Shown here: one piece after another, positions 23,650-35,986 of the stretch
How the letters are laid out: the number at the start of each line of letters is the position of its first letter
How positions within the stretch are numbered: position 1 is the stretch's first letter
Assembly (NCBI GenBank): GCA_002269645.1
Contig: NIVC01002485.1
Location: forward strand, 62,001-126,000
DNA from: Macrostomum lignano
Taxonomy: Eukaryota
Length of the DNA: 64,000 nucleotides
Direction: 5' to 3'
The notes under the pieces: model-generated
The model's input: the letters and a program-made list of their open reading frames with translations, nothing else
Told to the model about the DNA's origin: nothing
The model's database searches: none
Program-made: the position numbers and the translations under genes

Positions 23650-24230
23650 TAACAAGAACAACAGCAACAGCCTGTGGTCACAGTAGCAGCCTCTTCGCGG
23701 CGACTCGGACCATGCATATTCCTCTGGATGGGATACGAATGCTACCCGTACTGGCCCCCACGACGCCCTCGGATCTCGGACCCGGCCCGTCGGTGAGGGT
23801 CGTGGAGTGCTTCTTCTCAAACTCAGCCAGCCTACCATTGTCGACACCTGCAGCTAATTGCGCCTTGGCCGCTCCGTGGACATCGAGAGAAACCCCAGCC
23901 CTGACTTCCGTCGTCACCTCTGCCCGCTGCGGACCGCTGCTCACGAGCAATGCACTCCAGGGCCCCTGGTCTGGCTTGCGCCGCCCCTTACTGCAGCAGA
24001 ACCTGCCACCGTCAACCCTCCTGCAGCAGCATCCGCCGCGCCCAGACGCCTGCCCGGTGCGACCGTACTGCGCTGAGGAGTTCGGAACTATCACCCACTG
24101 GCTCTACGACTGCCCGGCCCTCTACACCAGACGGACGCAGATTTTTAGCACTAAGCGGCCTCCACTGTCGGTGCTGGGCTCGCATCCGGCTAGTGTGTTC
24201 GCACTGGTTGCACACACACATACACACACA
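23650..24230 (+). mobile_element. 3' fragment of a non-LTR retrotransposon (I/Ingi-like C-terminal Zn knuckle) with a (CA)n tail
   Basis: CPVRPYCAEEFGTITHWLYDCPAL...PPLSVL motif followed by CACACACACATACACACACA; 5' boundary uncertain. Confidence 0.5.
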
Positions 24231-24231
24231 G

Positions 24232-26960
24232 TAAATGATCTGTCCCGGATAGCTACCCGACACCGACCCCGGAGGAAGCGTTCTCGACAGTGGCGGGATG
24301 CTTTCAGTACAGTATCATTGATCCAGAGAAAGCGTACAACCATAAGTAGAGCTGGACGCATCTAAACCACAAACCGTGATATCGACACCGTTTGGAAATT
24401 TTAGGTACAATAAACTTATGTTTGGAATAAAAACGGCTCCGAGTATTTTCCAACGGTATATATCGCAAGTGATCCAAGGCATTCCCGGAACAATAGCGTT
24501 CATGGATGATATATTAATCGGTGGAAGCGATGAGTCAGAGTTGAAAGGACGCGAAGAACAAGTACTTCACCGTCTAGCATCGGAAGGGCTAAAGGTAAAT
24601 GATCAGAAATGCCAACGGAATTCATCTCGAGTCCGGTTATTGGGTCATATTCTGGACAGCGGCGCATTTATCCTGATGGAGAGAAAGTGCGGGCGATCAA
24701 AGAAATGGAAGCTCCGAAGAATCTTTCCGAGTTAGAATCCTTCCTCGGACTGATTACGTTCTGCTCGCGATTCATTGCAAACCTTTCTGGAATATCGGCT
24801 CCGTTGGTGCACCTGAAGCGCAAAGGTGTGGAGTTTCGTTGGGGCGCAAAAGAACAAGGTGCGTTCAGAAACATCCAGAAATCACTTTCAGAAGACGCTG
24901 TTTTGTATGCGTACGACCCAAAGCTACCGGTTGAGCTCGAAGTAGACGCTTCGCAGATTGCCCTTGGTGGTGTCCTGAGTCAGCAAGGACGTCCTGTCTT
25001 GTACATAAGCAAACTTTTGTCATCATCGGAGCGAAATTATTCGCAAATAGAGCGAGAAGCGCTTGCGATAATATGGGGTGTCAGAAGATGTCATCGTTTT
25101 CTCTGTGGCAGAAAATTTAAGCTAATAACCAACCATCGACCTCTATTTTTTTTATTAAGACCATAAAAAACAGTCTAAAAAGACTGTTGTATACGAAAGT
25201 AAGTGCAAAAATTTTAGCGGTTGTGAAGTTTCGCGGTAATGAAGTTTCGCGGTTGTGAAAGTAGATGACATTTAGCGGTTGTGAAGTTTAGCGGTTGTGA
25301 AGTTTCGCGTTTATGAAAGTGACTGCAAAAAATTTAGCGGTTGCGAAGTTTCACGTTTATGAAACTTAGCGCTTATGAAAGTAGGTGATTTAGCGGTTGT
25401 GAAGTTTAGCGGTTGTAAAGTTTCGCGTTTATGAAAGTGACTGCAAAAAAATTAGCGGTTGCGAAGTTTCGCGTTTGTGAAGTTTCGCGTTTATGAAAGT
25501 GACTGCAGAAAATTTAGCGGTTGCGAAGTTTCGCGTTTGTGAAGTTTCGCGTTTATGAAAGCAAGTGCTTTTAGCGGTTGTGAAATTTCGCGTTTGTGAA
25601 ATCCACCCCTCTCGTTTACATCTTAGCCTGTGACAAAGAGCTACCATCGAGAGTGTCTGCAAGGCTGCAGAGATGGGCGATATTTCTCACGGCGTAAGAT
25701 TACGAGATCGAGTATCGTAAATCTAAAGCTAGGGCATCTGACGCGCTATCAAGATTGGTTCCGCAAGGAAGAAGCGGTGAAACGCTAGAGATTGGTAACA
25801 TTCACACGGTATCAACTACAAAGTCTCTGGAAGAAATCAGGTTGGCAACGAAGCGGTGTAACGAAATGCGCATGCTGAAGAGCGCTATAACGACGGGAAG
25901 CTTAAAACACCCTAGGCTGCGACCTTTCAAAAATGTACGAGAAGAACTTTGCGTTCAGGACAATGTTATTCTTCGAGGCCACAGGATCATTATTCCAAAA
26001 TCCTTACGCATGAAAGCAATTGCAGCAGTGCACGAAGTTCATTTGGGAATGTCCCGCATCAAATCCTTGGCTCGTGCGGAGTTTGGTGGCCAGCCATGGA
26101 CAGCGATATCGAACGGACAGTCGGTTTGTGCCAGATCTGTAGGACCGCAAAACCGCAAAATAGGAATTTTCGCTCCAGTTGGCCTGAAGCTGCGGGTCCT
26201 TGGGATCGAGTTCATATCGACTTTGCAGGACCGATCGACAACCACTACATGCTCGTTCTGGTAGATTCGTACAGCGGGTATCCTGAAGTCCACGTCACCA
26301 AAGATATGACTTCTCGAACTGTCATTCAGTGTCTCAGGAGGACATTTTCTCAGCTTGGAATTCCAAGGACACTGCGTCAGATAACGGACCATGCTTTATC
26401 AGCAAGGACTTTACGGAGTGGTTGGCAGGAATTGACTGTGAGCACCTAACTATCGCAGCTTATCACCCACAAAGTAATGGGGTTGCAGAGCGGTTCGTAC
26501 GCACGCTAAAAGAAAGCATCAAGGCAAATGGCTTCAGTCAAGAGTCTGTTGACCGCTTCTTGCTGTTTTATCGCGCATCAAACAACAAAGCGGGATCGTC
26601 ACCAGCGGAACAGCTGCTGGGGCACAAGCCTAGGGTCATAAGAAGTCATAACAATATCTAACAAAAGGGCAGAGAAAAAAGTCTCCGCGAATCTATTTAT
26701 AAGACTATAGGAAGATTTAAAAAGCACAAATAAGATCCCCGGTCTGAGGACTCCAGCTGCAACAATATGATGAGCTGGAAAGTCATAAAGCAGCGTCTAG
26801 TGGGCGCGAACGTACAGACCGGCCAGCCGAAAGAGTCCAGAGCAGCTTGGCTCTTCGCGGGCCGGAGGTTGTTGACCCTTGGTTTACTCAACAAGGACCG
26901 CTAGAAGTTGCCGTTGTATCAGGACGCAGCACTCGTAAATACGCTCGTAGCTCGTAAGTT
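24232..26960 (+). mobile_element. Decayed Ty3/Gypsy LTR retrotransposon pol (RT-RNase H-integrase), Mag/K02A2.6-like
   Basis: DSYPTP, TPFGNFRY, FMDD, DASQIALGGVLSQ, YSQIEREAL, SARLQRW, H..H..C..C zinc finger, RVHIDFAGP, DNGP, YHPQSNGVAERFVRTLK; RT-RH-IN order; several frameshifts. Confidence 0.95.
25145..25607 (-). mobile_element. Repeat-rich, poly(A)-ended insertion inside the Gypsy RNase H
   Basis: 5-bp TSD CCTCT (25140-25144 and 25608-25612); removal restores TNHRPLVYILACDKELP; minus strand ends CTTAATAAAAAAAAT; body of GAAGTTTCGCG/TTAGCGGTT repeats. Confidence 0.8.
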
Positions 26961-28345
26961 GAAAATTATTTAAAGGCCTTCAACAAAGCATTGCTATTTT
27001 GCTATACAGTATTTGCGAGTGTTACGTCCTGATACAAACGGTAACTTCTGGTGTTCCTAGGGTAAATCCAGTTTACAAATTGGTTGAAAAACAATGTCAA
27101 GTGATTAAACAATAAGTTGTGCCTCTGTTTTCTCGAAGCATAATATTAATTCATATTGTATCCAAATAATTTCGGTTGTATTATGTGCTTCGTTGGCTTG
27201 AGCCGCTCCTAACTAAAATGTTTAATCGATTGAACTAGCAATCTTCAGCCCCCATCCTGTGGGGAGGCAACGCGAAAGGAATAAAACTTTTAAATTAAAT
27301 ACATGTACAGTAGCATTCGACCTTGTACAGTCACTTATGCTTGTTTCCTGAGGAAAAATATGGTTAAAGCAAAGAAGCATCAGCAGTTTGGAAGCAGGGC
27401 TACGAAGTCAAGTGGCTGGCTAATTGAAAGTTTAAATCAGTTTCTACGGGTACATCCGCGTAGAGCTTGCAGTTCAACTTTTGTATATAGATGTATAGTG
27501 CCGATATTCTACAAGTAAATCCCTGCGCATCTAGATAGCTTTATGTATCGCTAAATAATTTAAATTTATTACCTGGTTGCCTGTACGCATGACCGTTCCA
27601 TTTATTGCCTATTACGGATGGGCAGATAATAGATGGACAAATTGGTATCGATGGCGCTTTACGACCCCGCCTGCGTGGGAAGTGATATACACGTAGTGCG
27701 GTAGAAAGAGAGAGAAAGAGCTAGAGAGGGATAATTGCCCAAAGCCAAAAATTGCGGATTTAAAAAAGAGCCGCTACAGTTAGCCTTACGAGCATCTGGC
27801 GCTAGTAATGCACACAACTTCAGTGCTTTTCTAAAGATCCTTTCTCTTAGCTAGTAAACTCTATTCCAGCTGCAGCTATACCAAACAGCTCAGAGGACCG
27901 GCAGCCTGACTTGATGGTGGACGCAGCGGGGGAGGGCAGGCTGGATCGTTGAATTATTCAACTTTACCGAGCGCTGCTGCTGGCCGCAACGGATATGGCA
28001 GTCGGGCATGCTGGAGGAGTCAGAGCGTAGCTAGGGTGGACGGCTCCTTCGTTGGGAAGGATGAATCTGCACCTGATCGGGTTACCAAGGGAAACTATGA
28101 CTCCAGAGAGGCTACTCAGCACTGCTCAACACAGTGGTTGGCTGGCTAGTTGGCCTGTGAGGGGAGGCAGCGAACTCTTCTCCAGTTTATTAGAGAATTC
28201 ACCGGCGCATTGAGGCAAAAATTTTCTCCACCGCCACTTTGCCGGACGCAAACAGATTTGTTTGTTCGCGCCAATCGCCGTTTGTCTTTTCCGGTGAAAA
28301 TTTTCTGAATAAAGAAACAAGCGCATCGACGAATCAGTCAGCGAC

Positions 28346-28595
28346 ATGCAGGCTCCGCGGAAGCACGCCAGAACGCAGCAATTCGCCATCGTGCACAACC
28401 AGAATGGAGAGAGGGTGTCTTTGCCGTTGGGCGGCGCTGCGGCACTGCAGTTCGCCCCGCTTTCTGCCTCGATAAGACACGTCAGCGTGCCGTTCGAGGC
28501 GAACTATCCCGACAGGCTGCACCCGTTGGGAGGCGGGCAGCGACCCGGGGCGAGACTGAAACCTCTTGGCGGGCTGGAGACGAACAGCGCCAGTG
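28346..28595 (+). CDS. CCDC81: CCDC81-like coiled-coil protein, exon 1
   Basis: ATG with an upstream in-frame TAA; GC-rich coding-like sequence; |GTAACG donor phase 1 matches exon 2. Confidence 0.55.
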
Positions 28596-28639
28596 GTAAC
28601 GGGATACAGGCTGCGGATTTTCTATATTTGGTTTGTGAT

Positions 28640-28945
28640 ATGACACTGTTAGCTAGAGACGGATCAAGGCGACAGTCAACCCGTGACATTGTTAGCTAGA
28701 GACCGATTGAGGCGATAGTCAACCCGTGACATTGTTAGCTATAGAGACCAATCGAGGCGACAGTCGACCCGTGACATTGTTAGCTATAGAGACCAATCGA
28801 GGCGACAGTCGACCCGTGACATTGTTAGCTAGAGACCAATCGAGGCGACAGTCGACCCGTGACATTGTTAGCTATAGAGACCAATCGAGGCGACAGTCGA
28901 CCCGTGACATTGTTAGCTAGAGACCAATCGAGGCGACAGTCGATC
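28640..28945. repeat. 43/45-bp minisatellite (GTGACATTGTTAGCT[AT]AGAGACCAATCGAGGCGACAGTCGACCC) in intron 1
   Basis: About 7 tandem copies. Confidence 0.92.
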
Positions 28946-29381
28946 CGCAACTTTCCAATTTCAATAGCAATAAGGAAAATCAAAATACTTAGCAATACTT
29001 AGCAATTGCTAAGATTTTTAGATAAAAAATATATTCAGAATAAAGTTTAAGCAGGTCAAGTTTCAGCCCAATCCATCAATCCAGTGCAGAGAAAACTGTT
29101 TGTAGTCCGGGAGACCTTTCTGGACCACCCTGTGTATTTCATAACTTAATGGACAATTTTATACCGTCTGCTATTTAATACGATCATGTGAAACTAATAT
29201 AAGTTAGGTTTGACCGTTTGAGGCGGTTTGTCGAATGAAATTCAGGAAGAATGCTGTGGGAGACTGTTAATCCGCAAAGTTATCGAGTGTTATATGATCG
29301 CACTGATCGGGAAGATTTTACCTAAGGACTCGTGTCATGTTGTTCACAGCCCTCATATAAATATTCCCTGCCACTCTTCAG

Positions 29382-29881
29382 CTATCTTAGCCGTCGACTC
29401 GACGAGGCCAGTAGAAGTTATCACAGAGCGAGCTCCGACGGCGGCGGCTCGAACTCCCGCCAAAGCGAAGAAAACGAAATCGGCGACAAGAACTCCGTCT
29501 CAGCTGGCAGCTCCAGAAAATGAGTTGCCGGAAATTCGCAGAGCTAATGAAAGTCAATACGAAGCATTCGAGTTCGTCCCTGAAGACACATCGATAGAAG
29601 CCGAAAGGCCGGCCACGCCAGAGGCAGCTACAGACGATACAACTCGACTGCCGCCGCCTCCGTCACCTCCGAAAGACAAAAAGCTTGTCGAACAGCGTGT
29701 TGAGGCCAGCGATATCTGCGGTCCCTGCAAGCGACGGCAGAAGTGCAGCGACGCTACTGAGGCCGATGGCGCAGCCCGAGCTGCCGAGAGGGAGGCCAAG
29801 AAGCGTCGCGAACGAGAAGCCGATCGACTTCTGCTGGAGTTTTCAAAAGCCAAAGAGCAAGAGTTAGTTCTTGCTGAGAAG
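29382..29881 (+). CDS. CCDC81: CCDC81-like exon 2
   Basis: TTCAG| acceptor and |GTGAGT donor; ICGPCKRR..EREADRLLLEFSKAKEQE resembles the CCDC81 CxxC plus coiled-coil segment. Confidence 0.75.
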
Positions 29882-30006
29882 GTGAGTCTCACTCCAGTCC
29901 GTCTAGAACTCTATCTGATTTTCAGATGAAAAACAGCTGACTTGAATCGTAGAACAAGGCCATTTTATTCAGATAATACCACTTACTGTCATGATGAAAA
30001 TCACAG

Positions 30007-30596
30007 ACTGCTCAGCAGGCGAAGCGCGCGGAGGCTGCCCGGGTGTCCACCTACAACCGGAGCGCCGCCGAGGCTGGCATGAGCGCCGGTACCAGAAAAG
30101 CGGACGGTGGACCGATGTACATCTTCAGCGATCGGCCGAGAACTCCGCCAAGGCTGGTGCGCGAGGCGACCTTCGGCGCTGAGCTGGTGCGCCAAATTTC
30201 TGATAGGCGCGCGGAGAAGCTGCGCCGCTCAACCGAAGCCGCCAGCCGGTCTCGAATGGAGGCGGCGCAGGCGGCGCAGGCCGCTGCGGAAGAGCGAGCG
30301 CGCCAGCGAGCCGAGCGACTCGATCGGGCGGAGCGCTATCAGCGCGCACTGTCGGTCCAGCTGCGCCAGCGTCCGGCGCCGCTCCCAGCGCGCTTGCCGG
30401 ATTCTTCTGTTCCGGTGTTTGGCGACGCCGTTGCCGCCGGCGAGGACGAAGAGGACAAGGCCAGGCGGAAGAAGGCCGCCGAAGAGACCGCGCGGCAGCA
30501 GCTGAAAGCAGTGGAAGACCGGCGCCGGCAAGAGCTGTTGCGCCGCGCCGCTGAGCAGCGCCGCGAGGAGTCTGCTCTCCGCCGCGCCAAGGAAGA
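30007..30596 (+). CDS. CCDC81: CCDC81-like exon 3
   Basis: YIFSDRPRTP and YQRALSVQLRQRPAPLPARLPDSSVPVFG resemble motifs I recall from the vertebrate CCDC81 C-terminal half; |GTGAGT donor; in-frame acceptor could be 30007, 30016 or 30019. Confidence 0.8.
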
Positions 30597-30715
30597 GTGA
30601 GTAGAACTGGATGGGCCTTGACTCAGACAGTGTAAACTCTCTATGCCTTAAGAGGGGGGGATTCGCTGCTTGCCTGATTTGCCTCGCCACGCTTTGATCA
30701 GAAATCTAGATTTTC

Positions 30716-30870
30716 CATTGTCTATGGCGCATCATCTATTGTCTATGGCGCATCGTCTATTGTCTATGGCGCATCGTCCATTGTCTATGCCGCATCGTCC
30801 ATTGTCTATGGCGCATCGTCCATTGTCTATGGCGCATCGTCCATTGTGTATGGCGCATTGTCTATTATCG
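30716..30870. repeat. 21-bp minisatellite (TGTCTATGGCGCATCGTCCAT)
   Basis: About 7 copies; contains the GTCTATGG motif. Confidence 0.9.
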
Positions 30871-30883
30871 TCGATTGTCTATG

Positions 30884-31102
30884 TGGGTGGCAGCCTAGTG
30901 GTTAGAGCGTCCGACTCGCCACTGAAAGGTCGGGGGTTCGATTCTCGACCCACTCAAGAATTTGTGTCCTTGAGCGAGGTACTTAACTCTGCATTGCTTC
31001 AGTTCACCCAGCTGTAAAATGGGTGCCAGCATTAGGTGGGGTAATTGAGGCTGTGTGAGGAGACTTCCCAGTCGTACGCAGCCTTCAGATGCGCCGCGCA
31101 AT
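30884..31102 (+). mobile_element. SINE family A, copy 2 (3'-truncated, internal deletion)
   Basis: A/B boxes and CORE-like block align to 2228-2520. Confidence 0.85.
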
Positions 31103-31911
31103 ACTAAGGTGTACAATTGTACAGTAATTCTGACTTTCTTTTTTGTGGAAAATAATTGGTGTGGGTCTTTAACTTTGTAGTGACGAATTTACAGTGAGGT
31201 GAATTCATAGTTATTCACACCATCGGATAATCGGTCAGGATTTCGATTATCCGATATTGATCAGAAAAACTTATAAAACGCTGTGCAGCTAATATCGCTG
31301 CCAACCTTGATAAACAGGATTGACAGGTCGTAATATCTTCAAAGTACTACTAGAATCAAGTAGTAAAGTTAGAGTAAATGCAGATATGAGATGCACATAT
31401 TCACTTTTTCGCGTACCATTAAGTAGTGCTGGGTTGCAACTTTCAAGTTGCCAAGACCTTTTGTCGTGGGAAGCCTTCAAGCTTAGTATGCAAAGTGGAG
31501 GAGTGGAAAATTGACAGTGAGTGAGAAGAATAGGCGTCCCAGTGCCAGTGAACTCAACTGAACTCAGCTCAACCTTGGGTGTAACGAGGAACAGGCCTCC
31601 CTACAAAACAATTTTATCCGTATGAATTCTTCATGACTTGGCCAGCTATTTTTGCTTATAAGAAGAGAAAGTGGAGAGATCCACATCTTTTAGTATCTCT
31701 CTTTTCCAGGATGTATCGATTTCCTTTTGGCTGCACTGTATCTGCTTCAGTGAAGCCCAAAATTATTTTGTTCTTTGAATTCTGAGCGGCTCTTCAAAAA
31801 GACCTCTCCTTTCCGTGACGCAAGGAAGCCTTTTGCTTGTAAAAAAGGTCCCAGAGAGTCCTTTGCTGGGTAAGAAGGCTGTGAAAAACTTACATGCGAT
31901 AGCGCAACTGT

Positions 31912-32690
31912 AGCTTAATGAGTCAGTTTCTTGGGATTCCCGAAGCTTAATGAGCCAGTTTGTTGGGATTCCCGAAGCTTAATGAGCCAGTTTGTTGGGA
32001 TTCCCGAAGCTTAATGAGCCAGTTTGTTGGGATTCCCGAAGCTTAATGAGCCAGTTTGTTGGGATTCCCGAAGCTTAATGAGCCAGTTTGTTGGGATTCC
32101 CGAAGCTTAATGAGCCAGTTTGTTGGGATTCCCGAAGCTTAATGAGCCAGTTTGTTGGGATTCCCGAAGCTTAATGAGCCAGTTTGTTGGGATTCCCGAA
32201 GCTTAATGAGCCAGTTTGTTGGGATTCCCGAAGCTTAATGAGCCAGTTTGTTGGGATTCCCGAAGCTTAATGAGCCAGTTTGTTGGGATTCCCGAAGCTT
32301 AATGAGCCAGTTTGTTGGGATTCCCGAAGCTTAATGAGCCAGTTTGTTGGGATTCCCGAAGCTTAATGAGCCAGTTTGTTGGGATTCCCGAAGCTTAATG
32401 AGCCAGTTTGTTGGGATTCCCGAAGCTTAATGAGCCAGTTTTTGGGATTCCCGAAGCTTAATGAGCCAGTTTGTTGGGATTCCCGAAGCTTAATGAGCCA
32501 GTTTGTTGGGATTCCCGAAGCTTAATGAGCCAGTTTGTTGGGATTCCCGAAGCTTAATGAGCCAGTTTGTTGGGATTCCCGAAGCTTAATGAGCCAGTTT
32601 CTTGGGATTCCCGAAGCTTAATGAGCCAGTTTCTTGGGATTCTCGAAGCTTAATGAGCCAATTTCTTGGGATTCCCGAAGCTTAATGAGC
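31912..32690. repeat. 32-bp minisatellite (AGCTTAATGAGCCAGTTTGTTGGGATTCCCGA) in intron 3
   Basis: About 24 nearly identical copies. Confidence 0.95.
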
Positions 32691-33007
32691 CCTGTTTGCT
32701 TGAAGATAATTTCTGAAGCTTCTTGCTGTTACATTCTTAAATTACAGAGTTTGTTCAGCTTTGTGGGTTTTCCATGACCTGTAGGGACTTCCCCTGATTA
32801 TACTAGGATTCCCCTGCTTTTTGGAATTCCCTAAACTTTGGGGATTTCCAAGGATTATACTAGCATTTTAATGCTTTCTAGGATTTCCCTAATCAGTTGG
32901 GATTCCCACAGAGTATACTAGGATTCCCCTTTTGGGATTTCGTAAGTTCGAATTTAATTTATTGTTTACTATTAATTATAATTACTATTATCAAAACCCT
33001 TTACCAG

Positions 33008-33272
33008 CTTCGTCCGCGACCGCGCCGCTCGCTACGCCCGCACCATCCAGACGGAGCGCCAGCTGCAACAGCATTGGGAGCTGGCTGCACAGGCCAAGCG
33101 CGAACGGGACTACCAGGAGCTGCAGCTGCGCCGCTCTGACGGCGGCGGTCGCGGCGGCCTGCTGCCGTTGGACCACGCGGACTGCATCGTCGGAGCCTGC
33201 CGGGTCTGCCATCGAGGCCTGAACAACGAGGGCCGGAGCTACCTGGTGCCCGGGAGTCGCTTTATTGCTTGA
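33008..33272 (+). CDS. CCDC81: CCDC81-like exon 4 (last)
   Basis: ACCAG| acceptor phase 2; LQQHWELAAQAKRERD...LLPLDH...CRVCHR...LVPGSRFIA* matches the CCDC81-type C-terminus; total CDS 1605 nt. Confidence 0.8.
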
Positions 33273-33369
33273 GAGACCGGGATGGTCTGGCGTCTGGCGA
33301 CTTATTCAAGACTGAGGCCTGGGATATTGGGATTTCCATATGGTTTGCTGATTGGGAGTTTCTTTGAAA

Positions 33370-33570
33370 ACAGCTGTAGCTTCCCTAGCTATTTGGGGAT
33401 TCCCTTTGGAATCTTGGGAATTCCTTTGCAATAGGCTTTAGCTTCGGAATTCCCTTACAATCAGCTGTAGCTTGGGAATTCCCTTGCAATAGGCTGTAGC
33501 TTCGGAATTCCCTTGAAATCAGATGTAGCTTGAGAATTTCCTTGCAACCGGCTGTGGCTTGGGAATTTCC
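33370..33570. repeat. Degenerate about 29-bp repeat (GGAATTCCCTTGCAATAGGCTGTAGCTT)
   Basis: About 6 diverged copies. Confidence 0.7.
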
Positions 33571-34504
33571 TTGATTCTGTAGTGGTGTGCAGGTGCAAGA
33601 TTAGTTTGAGAAAAAATTCTGAAAACAGAAATAGCAAATTAGATTTCAGTATCCGATGAGATTTATTGCTTTCGTTTTACTTTACCTTGACATTGGAGTT
33701 ACCTTTATTTTCACCGTTGGTTACTATTAATAGATGTGCCAGTAAACGCTAAAGCCAACCCTAAAAATATGAGTTGTTATTTTCAAATTCTACGGTAATT
33801 GAACAGCCCATTTCCTCTAAGGCTTCAAGTGAGGAGTGCTGCGGCTCCAGATTTTTTTGCTAAGAAACCAAAAAGACCTGCCTTGGCCATGCCGGGTGAA
33901 GTTTCGTGATGCAAGACAGTTTTACGGATTAACATCATTATCTAATTAATGATCAGTCACTGCTCAAAGCAGAAATCTAAGACCGCCCAACTGTCTTCTG
34001 TCCTCAGCGCCGCCCTGCCCTGCTTCTCTTGGCTGCATCTTCTTTAGCAGAAACTCGACACCGCCCTGCAGCCCTTCTTCCTCCCCCCTCTCTCTTTTCT
34101 TTAAATCAATAATTCTCTTCCCGTTGCTTCTCGGCCGCTATGGCGGAGCTGCTGCTGCAGCAGCTTCCGTTGCAATTGTTCTGCCAATTTTATTCTCCCA
34201 TCCCAAGCCCCCAACTGGCAGAGTTAACAGGGCTGAGCCACAGGTTTCAGCTCTGTACGGTAGCACTCGTACTTTCTTCTCAGATCAGTGCGCAATAGTG
34301 CTGCTTCAAATTTTTGCCTTTGCCTCCCAAGCAGTTTTTTGTCCGCTAACAATACAAGTTCGCTTTCAGACCGAAGCTGATGGTCTTGTTTTTAACTTGC
34401 GCGTCGTTTCATGCGTGCTTTTCTTTTTTTGTTAGTGCTCTCTGTTCAAATTGGCCCTTTCGAAAGTTTGAACAGTAACCTTCAGCTTTCAAGATTTAGC
34501 GCCA

Positions 34505-35330
34505 ACTTACAGCAGGTTTGGCACCCCCTTACACACCAGGTTTGGTGCCCCCTTACACACCAGGTTTGGCGCCCCCTTACACACCAGGTTTGGCGCCCCC
34601 TTACACACCAGGTTTGGCGCCCACTTACACACCAGGTTTGGCGCCCCCTTACACACCAGGTTTGGCGCCCCCTTACACACCAGGTTTGGCACCCCCTTTA
34701 CAGCAGGTTTGGCGCCCCCTTACACACCAGGTTTGGCACCCCCTTACACACCAGGTTTGGCGCCCCCTTACACACCAGGTTTGGTGCCCCCATTACAGCA
34801 GGTTTGACGCCCCCTTACACACCCGGTTTGGTGCCCCCATTACAGCAGGTTTGGCGCCCCCTTACACACCAGGTTTGGTGCCCCCATTACAGCAGGTTTG
34901 GTGCCCCCTTACACACCAGGTTTGGCGCCCCCTTACACACCAGGTTTGGTGCCCCCATTACAGCAAGTTTGGCGCCCCCTTACACACCAGGTTTGGCGCC
35001 CCCTTACACACCAGGTTTGGTGCCCCCATTACAGCAGGTTTGGCGCCCCCTTACACACCCGGTTTGGCGCCCCCTTACACACCAGGTTTGGCGCCCCCTT
35101 ACACACCAGGTTTGGCGCCCCCTTACACACCAGGTTTGGTGCCCCCATTACAGCAGGTTTGGCGCCCCCTTACACACCAGGTTTGGCGCCCCCTTACACA
35201 CCAGGTTTGGCGCCTCTGTTACAACAGGTTTGGTGCCCCCCTTACAGTAGGTTTTACGCCCCCTACACACCAGGTTTGGCGCCCCTTTTACAGCAGGTTT
35301 GGCGCCCAGATTACAGCAGGTTTGGCGCCC
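34505..35330. repeat. 24/22-bp minisatellite (CAGGTTTGGCGCCCCCTTACACAC)
   Basis: Direct tandem repeat with two unit types. Confidence 0.93.
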
Positions 35331-35696
35331 AAAGACGGAACGCCTCTCGCGTCTTTAAAAGATAAAAAAATACTGGCTGAATCAAGACGGAACAGGATTT
35401 TCTGCAGAAATGCGTTCTAAACAGGCTTTCAGATGTTTCAAAGGCTAACAGCAAAAAACTGATACAACCGAACAAAGAGAGCTCTGTCCTAGCCGAGAGA
35501 AATTCAATATTGAGTCGCTTTGATCTCGATCAAGAGGAAACTTGATCGCCAAAATTAAATTAACGTCGCTCTGCTGCTAAAAAACAGATTTTTTTGTTCC
35601 AATTTTTTTCCGATTCGCCTTCATCTCATTATTCATATCATAAAGTTGTCATTTATCTGACTGCAAGCTGACTGACTAGATTATAATAAATAACAT

Positions 35697-35986
35697 TTAA
35701 TTACACCCGTCCCAATTGGGCCAGATGTGCAACCGACAGCTCAGCCGCAGCTATTGCGCAGCGCATCTGAAGGCTGCGTACGGCTGTTCAGTCCAAGGAC
35801 TGGGGGGTCTCCACACACAGCCTCAATTACCCCAGCTAATGCTGGCACCCATTTTACAGCTGGGTGAACTGAAGCAATGCAGAGTTAAGTGTCTTCTTGC
35901 TCAAGGGCACAAATTGTTCCGAGTGGGTCAAGAATCGAACCCCCGACCATCGAGTCGTGAGTCCGATGCTGTAACCACTACAACCT
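35697..35986 (-). mobile_element. SINE family A, copy 3
   Basis: Reverse complement of copies 1 and 4 (CCCATTTTACAGCTGGGTGAACTGAAGCAATGCAGAGTTAAGTG, GAATCGAACCCC). Confidence 0.85.

Noticed and set aside
23623-23847. EEYAWSESPRRGCYC as a candidate ATE1 first exon
   Set aside because: Motif is GCYC not CGYC, no suitable donor, and it lies in TE sequence; the real CGYC exon is at 21466-21559
27020-27303. Gypsy 3' LTR
   Set aside because: TG...CA ends and AATAAA are present, but there is no polypurine tract and no second LTR for comparison, so not called as a feature
27870-28200. GC-rich segment as upstream CCDC81 exons or a degraded LINE end
   Set aside because: Stops in all frames, no HU-domain similarity and no convincing motif
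31912-32690. CRISPR-like regular 32-bp repeats
   Set aside because: Head-to-tail units with no unique spacers; eukaryotic intron; no cas genes
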